NCBI GenBank assembly: GCA_963674865.2
Contig: CAXXYE010000008.1
Span: 224,001 to 288,000, forward strand
Direction of reading: 5' to 3'
Length of the DNA stretch: 64,000 nucleotides
Source: Candidatus Hydrogenedentota bacterium
GTDB lineage: Bacteria; Hydrogenedentota; Hydrogenedentia; Hydrogenedentales; SLHB01
How positions within the stretch are numbered: position 1 is the stretch's first letter; the number at the start of each line of letters is the position of its first letter. A program made the position numbers and the translations under genes. The notes under the pieces were generated by a model. The model ran no database searches, was not told where the DNA came from, and saw only the letters and a list, made by a program, of their open reading frames with translations. Shown piece by piece: positions 38,486 through 49,113 of the stretch.

Positions 38486-38536
38486 TAGCGGGGGCAGGAT
38501 CCGAACCTGCGACCTTATATGAGCCCTCCCGAGCCC
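38486..38536 (-). pseudogene. Initiator tRNA-Met 3'-half remnant (att-like scar)
   Basis: Reverse complement contains GGGCTCATA-TAAGGTCGCAGGTTCGGATCCTGCCCCCGCTA, i.e. an fMet anticodon arm with an internal deletion, T-arm and acceptor 3' strand; no CCA or 5' half. Confidence 0.65.
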
Positions 38537-38906
38537 AATGTTCTAACTCCTTGGAATATCTATAACTTATGACAACGCAACGGGATCGCCCCGTTCGCCA
38601 CTACCTGTCCATACTTCCCATGTTCACCGCTTTCTGAGTACCAATTTGTGAGCAATTCCGAGAGCCTTCCGGCGTACCTTCAGTTCGAGAGCCACTTCCA
38701 CGTCCGCGACTGCCACAGAGAGTGGCACAAATAATGGAACTTGAGTCAGAGGTTTTTCACGCGTCAGTGACAGGCGGCGCCTCCCGCTGCCCTTGATCTT
38801 GAAGAACTGTCGGACTATCGTCGGTGCAAAGAGGTCCCGTAGAGTAGCCGCGTTGCCCTTTGTGGGCCTGAAAAAGGTGCTCCGTTGCACATAGGGAGGA
38901 TATGGC

Positions 38907-41900
38907 GTGAAAACAGCACATCTACGCCTCATCATGGTGTCTTGGATTTTGCTCGCGGTGGGCCTCTGTGATTTGGCATTCGCCATGCCAGAACCCGCTC
39001 AGGAATGGTCCGTCGAATTGGGCACCGGACTGGCCGGCTCACCGACGCCCTATCCCAGCGCGGCCCCGGACAGCGTCATTGTCGCCACGGGAGGCCGCCT
39101 TGTCCGCGTGAACGGGGCAGGCAAGGTGGTCTTGCGCCTTGAATTCGGTCCCGAGGAAGGGCGCGGCGGGGAGATTATGCCGCCGCCAGTGGAGTTGGAC
39201 GGGGACCAGGGGGAGGAACTTGTGCTGGCCCACAAGAAAGGCATCGTCTTCGGATACGATGTGGGATCCAACGCGATGCTCTGGGAAACCGATCTGGGAC
39301 AGCCGATGGGCCAATACGAGTTCGTCACTGCGGGTGACGTGGATGGCGACGGACTGGACGAGGTCGTGGCCACGACGAAGTTCGGCTGGGTCACTTGCCT
39401 CGATTCGGATGGTAGCGTGCTTTGGCGTACTCGCGTACATACGGTGGACAAGTGTATTGCCGCCGAGCTTTCGACGGCGGCCATTGGCGACATCAACAAT
39501 GACGGCCACGCGGAGGTCGTTTACGGTACGGCCACCCATCATCTGATCGCCCTTGACCGATTCGGCCACCTAGTTTGGGACAGCATCGTGCCGCCACACC
39601 AGATGAACCGCACGCCGGTACTTATTGCCGACGCCGATCAAGACGGGTGCGCGGAAGTATACAGTATGTCCTCTATGCTCTCGCCGAGGAAAGGGCTGGT
39701 ATGTGTTGATGGCAAGGACGGTAGACTCTTGTGGACAGGCCTCACCGTAGGCAAGGCCTATCTTGGGTGCAAGCCCGTGCGGTTTTCCGATGGTACCGGG
39801 GGGATCCTGGCGTGCGACAAGGGCGGCAACATCCATGCCCATCGTGCCGACGGATCGCTAGCCTGGCATAACCGGGTGAGCGGGCGTGGCGTCTATTGGC
39901 CACCGGCAGTGGCGGACCTGGACGGCGACGGCCGCGCGGAAATTGTCGCCGCGGTGCGGGCCACATCCCTGGACGGCAATGGCGCAAGTTGGTATGTGCT
40001 GGATGCGGACACTGGGGAATTGCTCGGCGGCTATCTGCACGCCCCGGGCCTTCCCGGCCCCGCTGTATGTGACATCGACGGCGACGGGGTGCTTGAGGTG
40101 CTCATCGTGTCAGCCAATGGCCGGCTAACGGCTTTCAGTTTCGGCGGGCCGGCGACAAAGGATGCCGTATTCCTGGGCTCACGACGTGATGCACGGTATC
40201 CAGCGCAGATTGGGCCTACAACAGCGCCAACACCTAAGGTAGGAGCCGAAATCACGTTGTTCCCACCCGAGGGCCTTCGCCTGCGCTTCGGAAACAACGC
40301 GTTCGAAGCTCTTCTCCCGCGGCCCGCGGGCCCGCGCGAATCCGTCGAGTTTGAGTGCATTCAGCCCGACGGCATTCGTCGTATGGAGGTGCGATTCCTT
40401 AGAGGAGGAGAGGACAACGCGGCTTTCAATTTGCCTGTGCCGGCCCCTGGCAAGTACGCCCTTGCCTTACGGCTCATAGATCTCGATACCGGCAAGACGC
40501 TTGGTGAAGAGAAGAAGACCACCCGGGTCGGCAACGTCATTCGTGAGGTCGCGAAGGCGCGCGCCAATACGAGCGCGGGACTCGACGGCGTCCGCAGACA
40601 GCTCGTCCGAGAGGGGCTCGAGTCGGCCATGTTCGTGGCCCAGCTTGGCGCCGAAGTCAACACGGCGTTCGAGTTGCTGTCGGCCAGAATAAAGACCTGC
40701 TCTGGACTCAGCCCCGCCAGTCAGGAGAAGCTCCTTGCCGACGCGGATGCTTACATGGCCCTGCTTGAGCGGAGTCGCAACTTGGCAGCGCTCACGCTCG
40801 CCGAGGTGAGAGCCGAACACAGGTCCAGTTTCATTATGTGGCAAGACAAGGACCCTTGGGACAATGCTGACCCACTTGACGCATTGCCGGACGTAGGAGG
40901 TGCGCTTGTCGCAGATACCTGGGCGTTTGGCAACGAATGGGAGTCGCTTTGTGTCAACATGGTGAATCTCACGCCGCGCCCGCTGCAGTTGCGCGTCGAA
41001 TCCGGAACGATTAAGGCCGCCACGGAGAACGATGAGGTGAAGCTTCCCAGCGTGGTGGACGTCGTACGGTTTCACACTGCCGTGGCGCTGCCCGCCGGTC
41101 GTGAAACCGTGCCCGACTTGCTGCCGCGATTGGGAGAAGGCAAGGTCATCAATCTAGCCCCTGGGGAGGTGCGGCAGCTCTGGCTGAACGTAAGCACCCA
41201 CCAGCTTCCCGCCGGGGCCTACGAACTCCACTGGCTCGTTCGCACGCTTGACGAATTCACGGACAGCGTCCCGATGACGATAAATCTTGACGTCTCGCCG
41301 GTGCGATGTCCTGAGAAGAGCCGTTTCCTGGCATGCTACTGGACCGGCCCATCCGACAGGACGATCGAGGACATGAACGAACACCTTGTGACGATGTGGC
41401 AGAATCTGCCGCTGCCGCCGGCTCAGGCAAACGCTAGAGGAGAGATTCTCGGCGCGCTGGACTGGAGCGCCCACGATGCCATCATCAAGCGGATCAAGCA
41501 GCCTGAAATCCTCTTCTATGGCAATCAGGAAATACCTACGCCGTCGTTCCCCGCAGGGGTGGACGTCACGGATGCACTGCGGCTGAAAGGGCAACGGGCC
41601 TACGCGAAGCGCATGGTCGCACACCTTGCCAAACTGGGCTTTGAGTACGAGGACTTCATGTTCTATCCCGAGGACGAACCGGGATTGAAGGGTGAAATTA
41701 CGAGTTTCATGGCAAAGGCCCGCCGGAATAAGCTCGTCGATCCCAGAATCCAGAACTACGCAAATCCCTGGGGAGCCTTTACCATCGAGATGCTACGTGA
41801 AATGGCCGAAGTCACTGATGTGTGGCAGCCGGGCATGGAGGTCCTCGAGTTCTGGGGCCAGGAAGCCATCGACGTCATGCGCCGCGGTGGCAAGCGCATC

Positions 41901-42347
41901 ACCATGTACACCCCGCCGGGCGGCCCGCGGACGCTCCGGCCACTTGGCTTCTACCGCTCCCAGCCTTGGCTCGCCCTCTACTGGGGCATCGAGGGCGGTG
42001 GCTGGTATGCCTATCACGTCAGCGACCTGTTCTCCACCGGCGACATGGGCGGCCCCGCTTACGGCGGCGTCCACATGGACTCCCGTGACCTCGTGACAAG
42101 CCGGCGCTGGGAAGCACAACGCGACGGCATCGAAGACTTCAATATCGTTAGCGATCTGCGTGACCTTGCTAAGGAGAAAGGCGACTCCCAGGCATTGTCC
42201 GCAATCGATGGGGCCATCGCTTACGTCGCCGGTCGAGTGCTGACGGGCGCCACCCGGGAAGCCGCCGAATACGACTTCCCCTACGAGGAGTTCATGGCCT
42301 ATCGCCAGAGAATCCGTCAGGAATACGAGCGTCTCTTGAGGCAATAG
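38907..42347 (+). CDS. Secreted FG-GAP/PQQ-like beta-propeller protein with C-terminal GH123/DUF4091-like domain
   Basis: Repeated GDVDGDGLDE / ADLDGDGRAE motifs; YPEDEP; SRRWEAQRDGIEDF. Confidence 0.65.
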   Translation: MKTAHLRLIMVSWILLAVGLCDLAFAMPEPAQEWSVELGTGLAGSPTPYPSAAPDSVIVATGGRLVRVNGAGKVVLRLEFGPEEGRGGEIMPPPVELDGDQGEELVLAHKKGIVFGYDVGSNAMLWETDLGQPMGQYEFVTAGDVDGDGLDEVVATTKFGWVTCLDSDGSVLWRTRVHTVDKCIAAELSTAAIGDINNDGHAEVVYGTATHHLIALDRFGHLVWDSIVPPHQMNRTPVLIADADQDGCAEVYSMSSMLSPRKGLVCVDGKDGRLLWTGLTVGKAYLGCKPVRFSDGTGGILACDKGGNIHAHRADGSLAWHNRVSGRGVYWPPAVADLDGDGRAEIVAAVRATSLDGNGASWYVLDADTGELLGGYLHAPGLPGPAVCDIDGDGVLEVLIVSANGRLTAFSFGGPATKDAVFLGSRRDARYPAQIGPTTAPTPKVGAEITLFPPEGLRLRFGNNAFEALLPRPAGPRESVEFECIQPDGIRRMEVRFLRGGEDNAAFNLPVPAPGKYALALRLIDLDTGKTLGEEKKTTRVGNVIREVAKARANTSAGLDGVRRQLVREGLESAMFVAQLGAEVNTAFELLSARIKTCSGLSPASQEKLLADADAYMALLERSRNLAALTLAEVRAEHRSSFIMWQDKDPWDNADPLDALPDVGGALVADTWAFGNEWESLCVNMVNLTPRPLQLRVESGTIKAATENDEVKLPSVVDVVRFHTAVALPAGRETVPDLLPRLGEGKVINLAPGEVRQLWLNVSTHQLPAGAYELHWLVRTLDEFTDSVPMTINLDVSPVRCPEKSRFLACYWTGPSDRTIEDMNEHLVTMWQNLPLPPAQANARGEILGALDWSAHDAIIKRIKQPEILFYGNQEIPTPSFPAGVDVTDALRLKGQRAYAKRMVAHLAKLGFEYEDFMFYPEDEPGLKGEITSFMAKARRNKLVDPRIQNYANPWGAFTIEMLREMAEVTDVWQPGMEVLEFWGQEAIDVMRRGGKRITMYTPPGGPRTLRPLGFYRSQPWLALYWGIEGGGWYAYHVSDLFSTGDMGGPAYGGVHMDSRDLVTSRRWEAQRDGIEDFNIVSDLRDLAKEKGDSQALSAIDGAIAYVAGRVLTGATREAAEYDFPYEEFMAYRQRIRQEYERLLRQ

Positions 42348-42409
42348 CGTCTTCCGCTTCACCATAGGCGCATGCGGCTCCGGACGACACATGCGGTCGC
42401 GGCCGCCCT

Positions 42410-43249
42410 TTAGCCCTTGACCGCGCCCGAGGTCAGGCCCTGCACAAAATGCTTCTGGAGCGCGACAAATAAAGCGACTGGTGGAATGCTGAAGATGATC
42501 GACGCCGCGAAGAGCTGGTCGTACTTGTTGACATATTGCCCCAGGAAGGCCGCTCGTAGTCCCACAGGCAGCGTGATCGCGTTGTCCCGCCCCAGGACGA
42601 AGGCAAAGAGGAACTCGTTCCAGGACACCAAGAAGGCGAAGGTGCCAACGGCGATCACGGCAGGCGCGGCCAACGGGAGCACGACGTGATAGAGCACCTG
42701 CACGCGATTGCAGCCGTCAATGAGTGCCGCCTCTTCGAGTTCTCCGGGAATGGAACGAAAATAGCCAAAAAGCAGCCACGTGCAGAACGGAATGGCGAAA
42801 CCCGTGTACACCAGCACCAGCCCGGAGCGTGTGTCAAGCAGGTTGAGTGTGCGAACCACTTGAAAGAGCGGGATGAGAATCGAGCTGCCCGGCATCATCT
42901 GAGAGGCGACGACCACCATGAGAATGGGCCTGGCACCACGAAACCGGAATCGGGCGAAGCTGTAAGCAGCCCCCGCGCTGAAGGCCAGCGCGAGCGCCGA
43001 GGTGGCTAGCGCGACGACGGCGCTGTTCGCGAAATACTTCCCGAAAGGCGCTTCCCGCCATAGGGTGATGTACGCATCGAAGGTGAACGTCTCCGGCAGC
43101 AAAGCCGGAGGCGTCCGCGTCACTTCGGAAAGGGGGCGTACCGAGGTCGTGACGACCCACGCGAGCGGGAGCACGAGCAAGCCGATGGCTGTAATGCCCA
43201 AAGCGTAGGTAAGGGTCGTCCTTATACCGAGGCGTGTGCTAGGCATCAT
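42410..43249 (-). CDS. Carbohydrate ABC transporter permease (MalG-like)
   Basis: IPGELEEAALIDG (EAA loop), WNEFLFA, FVQGLTSGAVKG. Confidence 0.95.
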   Translation of the reverse strand: MMPSTRLGIRTTLTYALGITAIGLLVLPLAWVVTTSVRPLSEVTRTPPALLPETFTFDAYITLWREAPFGKYFANSAVVALATSALALAFSAGAAYSFARFRFRGARPILMVVVASQMMPGSSILIPLFQVVRTLNLLDTRSGLVLVYTGFAIPFCTWLLFGYFRSIPGELEEAALIDGCNRVQVLYHVVLPLAAPAVIAVGTFAFLVSWNEFLFAFVLGRDNAITLPVGLRAAFLGQYVNKYDQLFAASIIFSIPPVALFVALQKHFVQGLTSGAVKG

Positions 43250-44156
43250 GACGTTCCCTGTCTTCCCGAAACATCAATCGCATAAAGAGCAGGCTCGCCA
43301 GGAGCAGGAAGGCCAGCAGGATCATGGCGGATGCCGCGCCTCGCCCCAATCGCAAGTGTTCGAAGGCGATTTGGTACACGGTTATCGGGAGCACCTGCGT
43401 AGCCTTCGCCGGCCCGCCCTCCGTCATGATGAAAATGAGAGGAAACTCGTTTGCCATCCATATCGTGGCGAACAAGACCACAACGGCTATCACGTGCCGC
43501 AGTTGCGGCAGAGTAACGTGCCAGAAACGTTGCACGAGTCTTGCCCCGTCCACGAGGGCCGCCTCGTAGAGATCCTTTGGAATGCCTTGCAGTCCGGCGA
43601 GAAGCATGATCGTTATGTAAGGCATAAACCGCCAGACGTTCGCCACCACAACCGCTGCCATGGCGGTTTCGGGCCTCGCCAGCCACGGGACGTTCTCGTC
43701 GATTAGACCCATGCTTGTAAGGCCGTGGTTGACCAGGCCAAAACTGTCGTGAAACAACCAGCGCCACATGTATCCCGTGACGACCGGCGAAATGGCCCAC
43801 GGAATCAGAAGACAGGCCATTAGCACGGGCCGGTATCTGCGTATCTCGTTGAGCACAAGCGCCAGGCCAAGACCAAGCACGAGAGCGGGGGGCAAAGAGA
43901 AGACAAGGAACCTCGCTGAACAGAGGATACTTGATCGAAACGTGGAGCTTCGCAAGAGCCTGGCGAAGTTGGCCGCGCCGACGAACTCGCCGCTGCCGCC
44001 TTTGAGAAGCCTGACCCGCTGCAGGCTCATGACGGCGTTGTCCGCCATGGGATACAGAATCACGATGGACAAGACGAGCAACGCGGGGGCCAGCAACAAG
44101 TATGGCAATAAACGGGGGAGCCTCGGTCGTCGTCTCGCGTCGCTCATGATGCTCAA
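43239..44156 (-). CDS. Carbohydrate ABC transporter permease (MalF-like)
   Basis: FVGAANF, LAGLQGIPKDLYEAALVDGA, MTEGGP. Confidence 0.95.
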   Translation of the reverse strand: MSIMSDARRRPRLPRLLPYLLLAPALLVLSIVILYPMADNAVMSLQRVRLLKGGSGEFVGAANFARLLRSSTFRSSILCSARFLVFSLPPALVLGLGLALVLNEIRRYRPVLMACLLIPWAISPVVTGYMWRWLFHDSFGLVNHGLTSMGLIDENVPWLARPETAMAAVVVANVWRFMPYITIMLLAGLQGIPKDLYEAALVDGARLVQRFWHVTLPQLRHVIAVVVLFATIWMANEFPLIFIMTEGGPAKATQVLPITVYQIAFEHLRLGRGAASAMILLAFLLLASLLFMRLMFREDRERHDA

Positions 44157-45436
44157 TAGTCGCTCAACAGTTCGTTCACTTGTTCGGCAGCCGCATCCAG
44201 TGCGGCTTTCGCTTCGCTTTGTCCGCTCAGTAACCTGTTAACGGCATCGGCCATGTGACGTTGGATCTCCGTGATGGCCGGATGACCCGGCCAGCCAATC
44301 CCGACGCGGGCCTCGGACGCGAGTACATCGAGGCTCACATAACGCGATTCGCGGCCTGGCGCGAATGCGGCCTCCTGCGTGGGGAGTCCGCCCATCGCCG
44401 GGTCGGGCTTTTGCCATACGGGATGGTATACGTACAGGGCCTTGAGCACTTCCCACGCCTCCTGCGGTACGTCGGTGTATCCGGTAATCGACACCATCAC
44501 CACGTCAAGCAACGTGCCCGGAGGATTCTCTTCAAGGGGCTCTCCCGGCCCCGGTACGGGAGCAAGCTCCAGCTTCTGGACGTCGAAATCGTAGTTGTCC
44601 GCCACGACATCCTGCCACCACGGCCCCTCGATTGAGATGGCCGCCTTTTCCGAGGCCCAAAGCGCCGCGTTCTCGTCAAACTTGTAGGCGGCGCTGGCAG
44701 CGGGCATAAAACCTTGCTCCTCCAGCTTCTGCAGCAATTCCAGCGCGGCTACGCCGGCCGGCCCGTTGAAGGCCGCTGCCGTCCAGTCCGCATTCAAAAC
44801 GCGGCCCCCGGCCTTGTAGAGCAACGGCAGGAAACGATAGGCCGTGTCCAAATTCGCCCCGCCCGGCATGGTGAACGCGTATAGACCTCTCTCCTTCAGG
44901 ATGGGGCCCATCACCAGCAAATCGCCCCAGGTTTCGGGCGGCCTCAATCCGCTTCTGTCGAGAAGTTCCTTGTTCACCGCCAGGACATACGGCAACATGA
45001 GCAGCGGGATACCATAGTGCTTGCCTTCAAATGCCACCTGTGCAAGCGCGTTCGGGAGAAAACGGGGGGCGATTTCCTCAAAGTCCGCGAAGGTCTCCAG
45101 CGCAAGCAGCCCGCCGACATCCCCGAATTCCACGGCGTACTTGTGGTGGAGCATGACGATGTCGGGGCCCTCGCCCACAATGGTCGTGCTGATCAGACAT
45201 TCGCGCTGCGCGTCCCAGTCGCGCGTCTCCAATTCGATCAGGATATCATCATGAGCGGCATTGAAGTCCTCGACGGCTTCGCGAATCCACTCCCGATAGC
45301 CAGGCACGCCGCCGAATTGCCACAACTGCACGTGGGCAGGGCCCTTCGGCTTCTCCGAACATTGCGCCGTAACAAGAAGCAGCAGACCCGTCATGAAGAT
45401 GGATACTAGCGAACTCCGGTTGTTCGACAAAGGCAA
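44153..45436 (-). CDS. Sugar ABC transporter substrate-binding lipoprotein
   Basis: TAQC lipobox-like motif; GPDIV, YGIP, NKELL, PPETW; TTG start with RBS AAGGAGG. Confidence 0.9.
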   Translation of the reverse strand: MPLSNNRSSLVSIFMTGLLLLVTAQCSEKPKGPAHVQLWQFGGVPGYREWIREAVEDFNAAHDDILIELETRDWDAQRECLISTTIVGEGPDIVMLHHKYAVEFGDVGGLLALETFADFEEIAPRFLPNALAQVAFEGKHYGIPLLMLPYVLAVNKELLDRSGLRPPETWGDLLVMGPILKERGLYAFTMPGGANLDTAYRFLPLLYKAGGRVLNADWTAAAFNGPAGVAALELLQKLEEQGFMPAASAAYKFDENAALWASEKAAISIEGPWWQDVVADNYDFDVQKLELAPVPGPGEPLEENPPGTLLDVVMVSITGYTDVPQEAWEVLKALYVYHPVWQKPDPAMGGLPTQEAAFAPGRESRYVSLDVLASEARVGIGWPGHPAITEIQRHMADAVNRLLSGQSEAKAALDAAAEQVNELLSDY

Positions 45437-45624
45437 CGCCGCCTCCTTCTTCGTCGCAAGATTCGGAACGTCGTTCGTCGATTGGCGTTCGACGGTCAAA
45501 TGATGATAGCGTAGCAAGGCGCCTTGGGCAAATGCTTGCTCGGAAGCTTATCAGCGCCGAGAGGCGCTCCAAGTTGGCGATCGAGGATGCGTCTGGCAGA
45601 GGACTATGCGACGAGGCCTTCCCC

Positions 45625-47592
45625 ATGGGACCTAGGAGAATTACGAGGCGTTCGTTTATGAAGGCTGGGGCCGCAGGCGCCGCAACGTCACGGATTGCTT
45701 CAGCATCGCCCCGACGGCGCGTGAAGTCCGCCAAGAAGAGGGCCGTTGTTGAATGGCCGCAGGGCGCCCGGGCGCCGATACTCTCTCCCGCGGCGCGCCG
45801 GGCCGTGAACGTCGCCCTGGCCTACGGCGACCGGTATCAGGACAAGGAATCCGGCCTCATACTCGGCGACGAGTGGCTGAATGTTGACGGGCGTTCCTGT
45901 TTCTTCTTCGCCGTGGCGTGTCTGCTGGATGGCTCGCCTGAGCGGATCGCTCAGGGCGAGCACATTCTCGCGCATGTTGGCACTCCGTCCGCGGGAACAA
46001 GTCTTTTGCTTCTGACGGAGGCATCCCCTCTCTTCAGCCCGGACACGCTGGCGGCACTGGAAAAGGATGTTCGAAGTGGCCTAGGGAGTGGTGGCGAGGA
46101 CGTCATTGCAGGCCGCAACATCAACATCCCCTTGGGCACGTGGGCGCGCCGCATTGCAGGCGCCCATGTCTGCCGGGAGCCGGGATACCTGAAGCCGTGC
46201 GTCCGGGCGCTGGAAAAGCTGACCGACCTCGTCGAGGCACATGGGTCACATCCCGAGTTCAACAGCCCAACTTACGAAGCCTTGACGCTCATCCATCTTC
46301 GGACAATGAGTCTGACCAACGAGCCTTCCATATGCGCCCATTCGCTGCCGCTCGAACAGTACCTCTGGGAGAGTCTCGCCTTGCGGTGGCATCCGCGTCT
46401 CAAGCAGCTCTGCGGTCCTTGGGCACGGGCATACCAGGACAGCCTCGTAGGCGCCTCGGGCACCATCCCCATCCTTGCGGACATTGCGTGGGGGGCCTTC
46501 TACGATGACCGCGTGGCGTATCCTTATGAGCACGCCCATGACTACCTGTTCGGGGCCATTCTTCCTTTCCTGGTCCAGAACCTGCCCTTTGACGTGAGCC
46601 ACATCGCCCAGCGCAAACGGTTTCCGCTTACCATCACGTCGGCTGCGGAGCAGGTCATGGTTCGCATGGGATCCGAAGAGCACCTGACCTGGGTGCCGGG
46701 CGGAATCGCCGAACTCACCACATGGATGGATGAGAATCTGGCCGTGGGCTCGGCTACGCGAAGCCACCTGCATGCCATGCAGAACGGGACCTACGTGGCG
46801 CAGTGGACACGCACGGGCAAGCCCATCGAGAAATTGCGTGATCTGGGCCAGGCGTTTACCCGCTTCGTTCAGAATGGGCAGCGCCCCGGCAAAGAGACGC
46901 ATGTCTTCAGGAACTACCACACCGGGTCCGACCAATCCATGGGCGCTAAACTCTGGCCGGATGGCGGGCGTCCATTTGCGCTACAGAGCGGACCAACGGC
47001 CCTGATCCTCTATGTCCCCAGGGGCCGCGAGCGCTGGTGGGTGCACAGTCTCGAGATATTTATGGCCTTCCCGCGGCTCGACACTGTCGACGCCGTTCTG
47101 GTGGATGGCACTCCGGTGGATGAATACGAGGGTGCCCCGGGGCAGCCGGTTGTCGTACGGAGCGGGAACGTCGGCATGGGACTGCGCTTCGCCGTATGCG
47201 ACGCGGAACTGACAACGCCGCGACTAATCGTGGAGCGCAGCCGCGACCACCTGCTGGTCGGACTCAGGCTTGTGGCGTATACCGAGGAACGCGAACTCTC
47301 CGCGCTTGAGTACCGGCGCTATGCCGCCACGATAGGGGCTGAGCTTCGCTATGCACCTACCTCTGCGGATCTGGAGCGGTTTGTGCGAGACATGAAAGCG
47401 TCCACTCTCACGGATGAGTGGGACGCTGACCTGCTCGGCACACATCGCGAGGTGGCGTTTCAGGTGGGGGGCAAACAGTTGTACGGTCGGTTCGACCCCA
47501 TTTCCGAAAGCTGGTTGCGGACAGCTCTTCCCACACCCCCCGGTGCAGCGCTGCAGCTCGCTTATGACCGTGGCACGTACCGCGAAGTTTAG
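45625..47592 (+). CDS. Tat-exported hypothetical protein (possible lyase/heparinase-like fold)
   Basis: TRRSFMK twin-arginine signal; EFNSPTY and GPWARAY motifs; function inferred from context only. Confidence 0.55.
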   Translation: MGPRRITRRSFMKAGAAGAATSRIASASPRRRVKSAKKRAVVEWPQGARAPILSPAARRAVNVALAYGDRYQDKESGLILGDEWLNVDGRSCFFFAVACLLDGSPERIAQGEHILAHVGTPSAGTSLLLLTEASPLFSPDTLAALEKDVRSGLGSGGEDVIAGRNINIPLGTWARRIAGAHVCREPGYLKPCVRALEKLTDLVEAHGSHPEFNSPTYEALTLIHLRTMSLTNEPSICAHSLPLEQYLWESLALRWHPRLKQLCGPWARAYQDSLVGASGTIPILADIAWGAFYDDRVAYPYEHAHDYLFGAILPFLVQNLPFDVSHIAQRKRFPLTITSAAEQVMVRMGSEEHLTWVPGGIAELTTWMDENLAVGSATRSHLHAMQNGTYVAQWTRTGKPIEKLRDLGQAFTRFVQNGQRPGKETHVFRNYHTGSDQSMGAKLWPDGGRPFALQSGPTALILYVPRGRERWWVHSLEIFMAFPRLDTVDAVLVDGTPVDEYEGAPGQPVVVRSGNVGMGLRFAVCDAELTTPRLIVERSRDHLLVGLRLVAYTEERELSALEYRRYAATIGAELRYAPTSADLERFVRDMKASTLTDEWDADLLGTHREVAFQVGGKQLYGRFDPISESWLRTALPTPPGAALQLAYDRGTYREV

Positions 47593-47615
47593 CGGCCAAA
47601 GGAGGCTAGAACGCG

Positions 47616-49064
47616 ATGAGTGATCATCCGAGGAACAAAGTCTCCTGGTGGCAGCCGGTCCTGTTTGGCGCCATGGCCGGGGGCATGGGCTGGGGGATCC
47701 GCGGCCAATACGGCCACGAAAGCGGCGCCATGATAGCCGGGGCTCTGGTGAGTCTCACGTTGGTGTACCTGTTATCCGACGGGAAGTCCTCCTTGCAGGC
47801 GGTGCGGGCCGTGGCGCTGGGTACTATCGCCATGGGCTTCGGTGGCACCATGACCTACGGCCAGACCGTAGGCCTCACGCACGACGGCGCGCTCATTGGG
47901 CTCTGGGAGGCACTCCACTGGGGCATGATTGGACTCGCCATCAAGGGCGGCATCTGGATTGGCTTCGCGGGCTTTTTCCTTGGATTGGGGCTTGGTGGGA
48001 AGCGGTACCGACCGCTCGAAATACTGAGGCTGGTCCTACTCATGCTCTTCGCCGTGCTGGTGGGCTGGTCGATTCTCAACCGCCCCCACGATCCAGCGAA
48101 CATGCGCCTACCTTTCCTTTACTTCTCCGACCATTGGTATTGGGAACCGGAACTCCTTGAAAACCCCGACCACGTATACCGTCCCGAGATCTGGGGAGGA
48201 TTGCTCTTCGCACTGATCGCCGCCGTGGTATATGCCTCCCGCGTAAAGAAAGATACTCTAGCACGCAACATGGCGGTGTGGGGTATCCTGGGGGGCGCCA
48301 TCGGCTTTCCGCTCGGGCAGGCCATTCAGGCCACAAATCAGTGGAATCCTGACTTCTTTGGGAAGAGTTTCCTCGCGCCGTTCACCAATCACTTCACTTG
48401 GTGGAACACAATGGAGACGACCTTCGGCGCGATCATGGGCGCCGTGCTCGGCCTGGGCCTCTGGTTCAACCGGGCAAGGATAGACACCACGTCCGACCCC
48501 GATGACAAACCTATAGCCTATAGTGTGGAAGGAGCGCTCTTGGTTGTACACCTCTGCCTGCTTTCTGCCGTGCAGTTCACTGAGCGCTCCTGGGCAGAAG
48601 CTCTCTACGACTTCGGCATCATGATGGGCCTGATCCCGCTCGTGGCATGTATCCGCGGCCGTTTCTGGCCCTATCTCCAGATTCTGCCCATCACCCTCTT
48701 GCCCATCGCCGGGAAGACCGTCCAGACACTGGCATACAGCGGGGGGAATCCTATCAAATTGGGTCTTGCCTGGCCGTTGTTCTTCATCCTACCCATGGGG
48801 GCGGCGACAGGCCTTGCGGTCTCGGGCGCTTGGAAGGCCAGGCTGGGCGATGCGCCGAGCCCATTTGTTCGCGACGCCCTGCTCCTCGCCATCTGGACGT
48901 ACTTCTGGCTGAACCACGCCTTTTTCGGCTTCCCGTGGCCGTGGCTCCCTTGGGGCGGACGAACAGCTAACGACCTCATCTTTACCGTCTGCGCCATAGG
49001 ATTGACGTTGATGGTGCTGATCAATCGAGCGCGACAACAGGAAGAGCGCACGGTGCCAGCATAG
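47616..49064 (+). CDS. Polytopic membrane protein of unknown function
   Basis: Long ORF with many TM segments; GWGIRGQYGHESGAM and GGTMTYGQT motifs; RBS AAGGAGG. Confidence 0.7.
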   Translation: MSDHPRNKVSWWQPVLFGAMAGGMGWGIRGQYGHESGAMIAGALVSLTLVYLLSDGKSSLQAVRAVALGTIAMGFGGTMTYGQTVGLTHDGALIGLWEALHWGMIGLAIKGGIWIGFAGFFLGLGLGGKRYRPLEILRLVLLMLFAVLVGWSILNRPHDPANMRLPFLYFSDHWYWEPELLENPDHVYRPEIWGGLLFALIAAVVYASRVKKDTLARNMAVWGILGGAIGFPLGQAIQATNQWNPDFFGKSFLAPFTNHFTWWNTMETTFGAIMGAVLGLGLWFNRARIDTTSDPDDKPIAYSVEGALLVVHLCLLSAVQFTERSWAEALYDFGIMMGLIPLVACIRGRFWPYLQILPITLLPIAGKTVQTLAYSGGNPIKLGLAWPLFFILPMGAATGLAVSGAWKARLGDAPSPFVRDALLLAIWTYFWLNHAFFGFPWPWLPWGGRTANDLIFTVCAIGLTLMVLINRARQQEERTVPA

Positions 49065-49113
49065 GCGTCTGTGGTTGCGGAAAACTCGTCCCTATTGATG
49101 GACAAGGACTTAC

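Noticed and set aside
45525..45540. TGGGCAAATGCTTGCT as a sigma-54 promoter
   Set aside because: It fits GG-N10-GC but the -24 element is imperfect, it occurs once, and no enhancer-binding protein is nearby.
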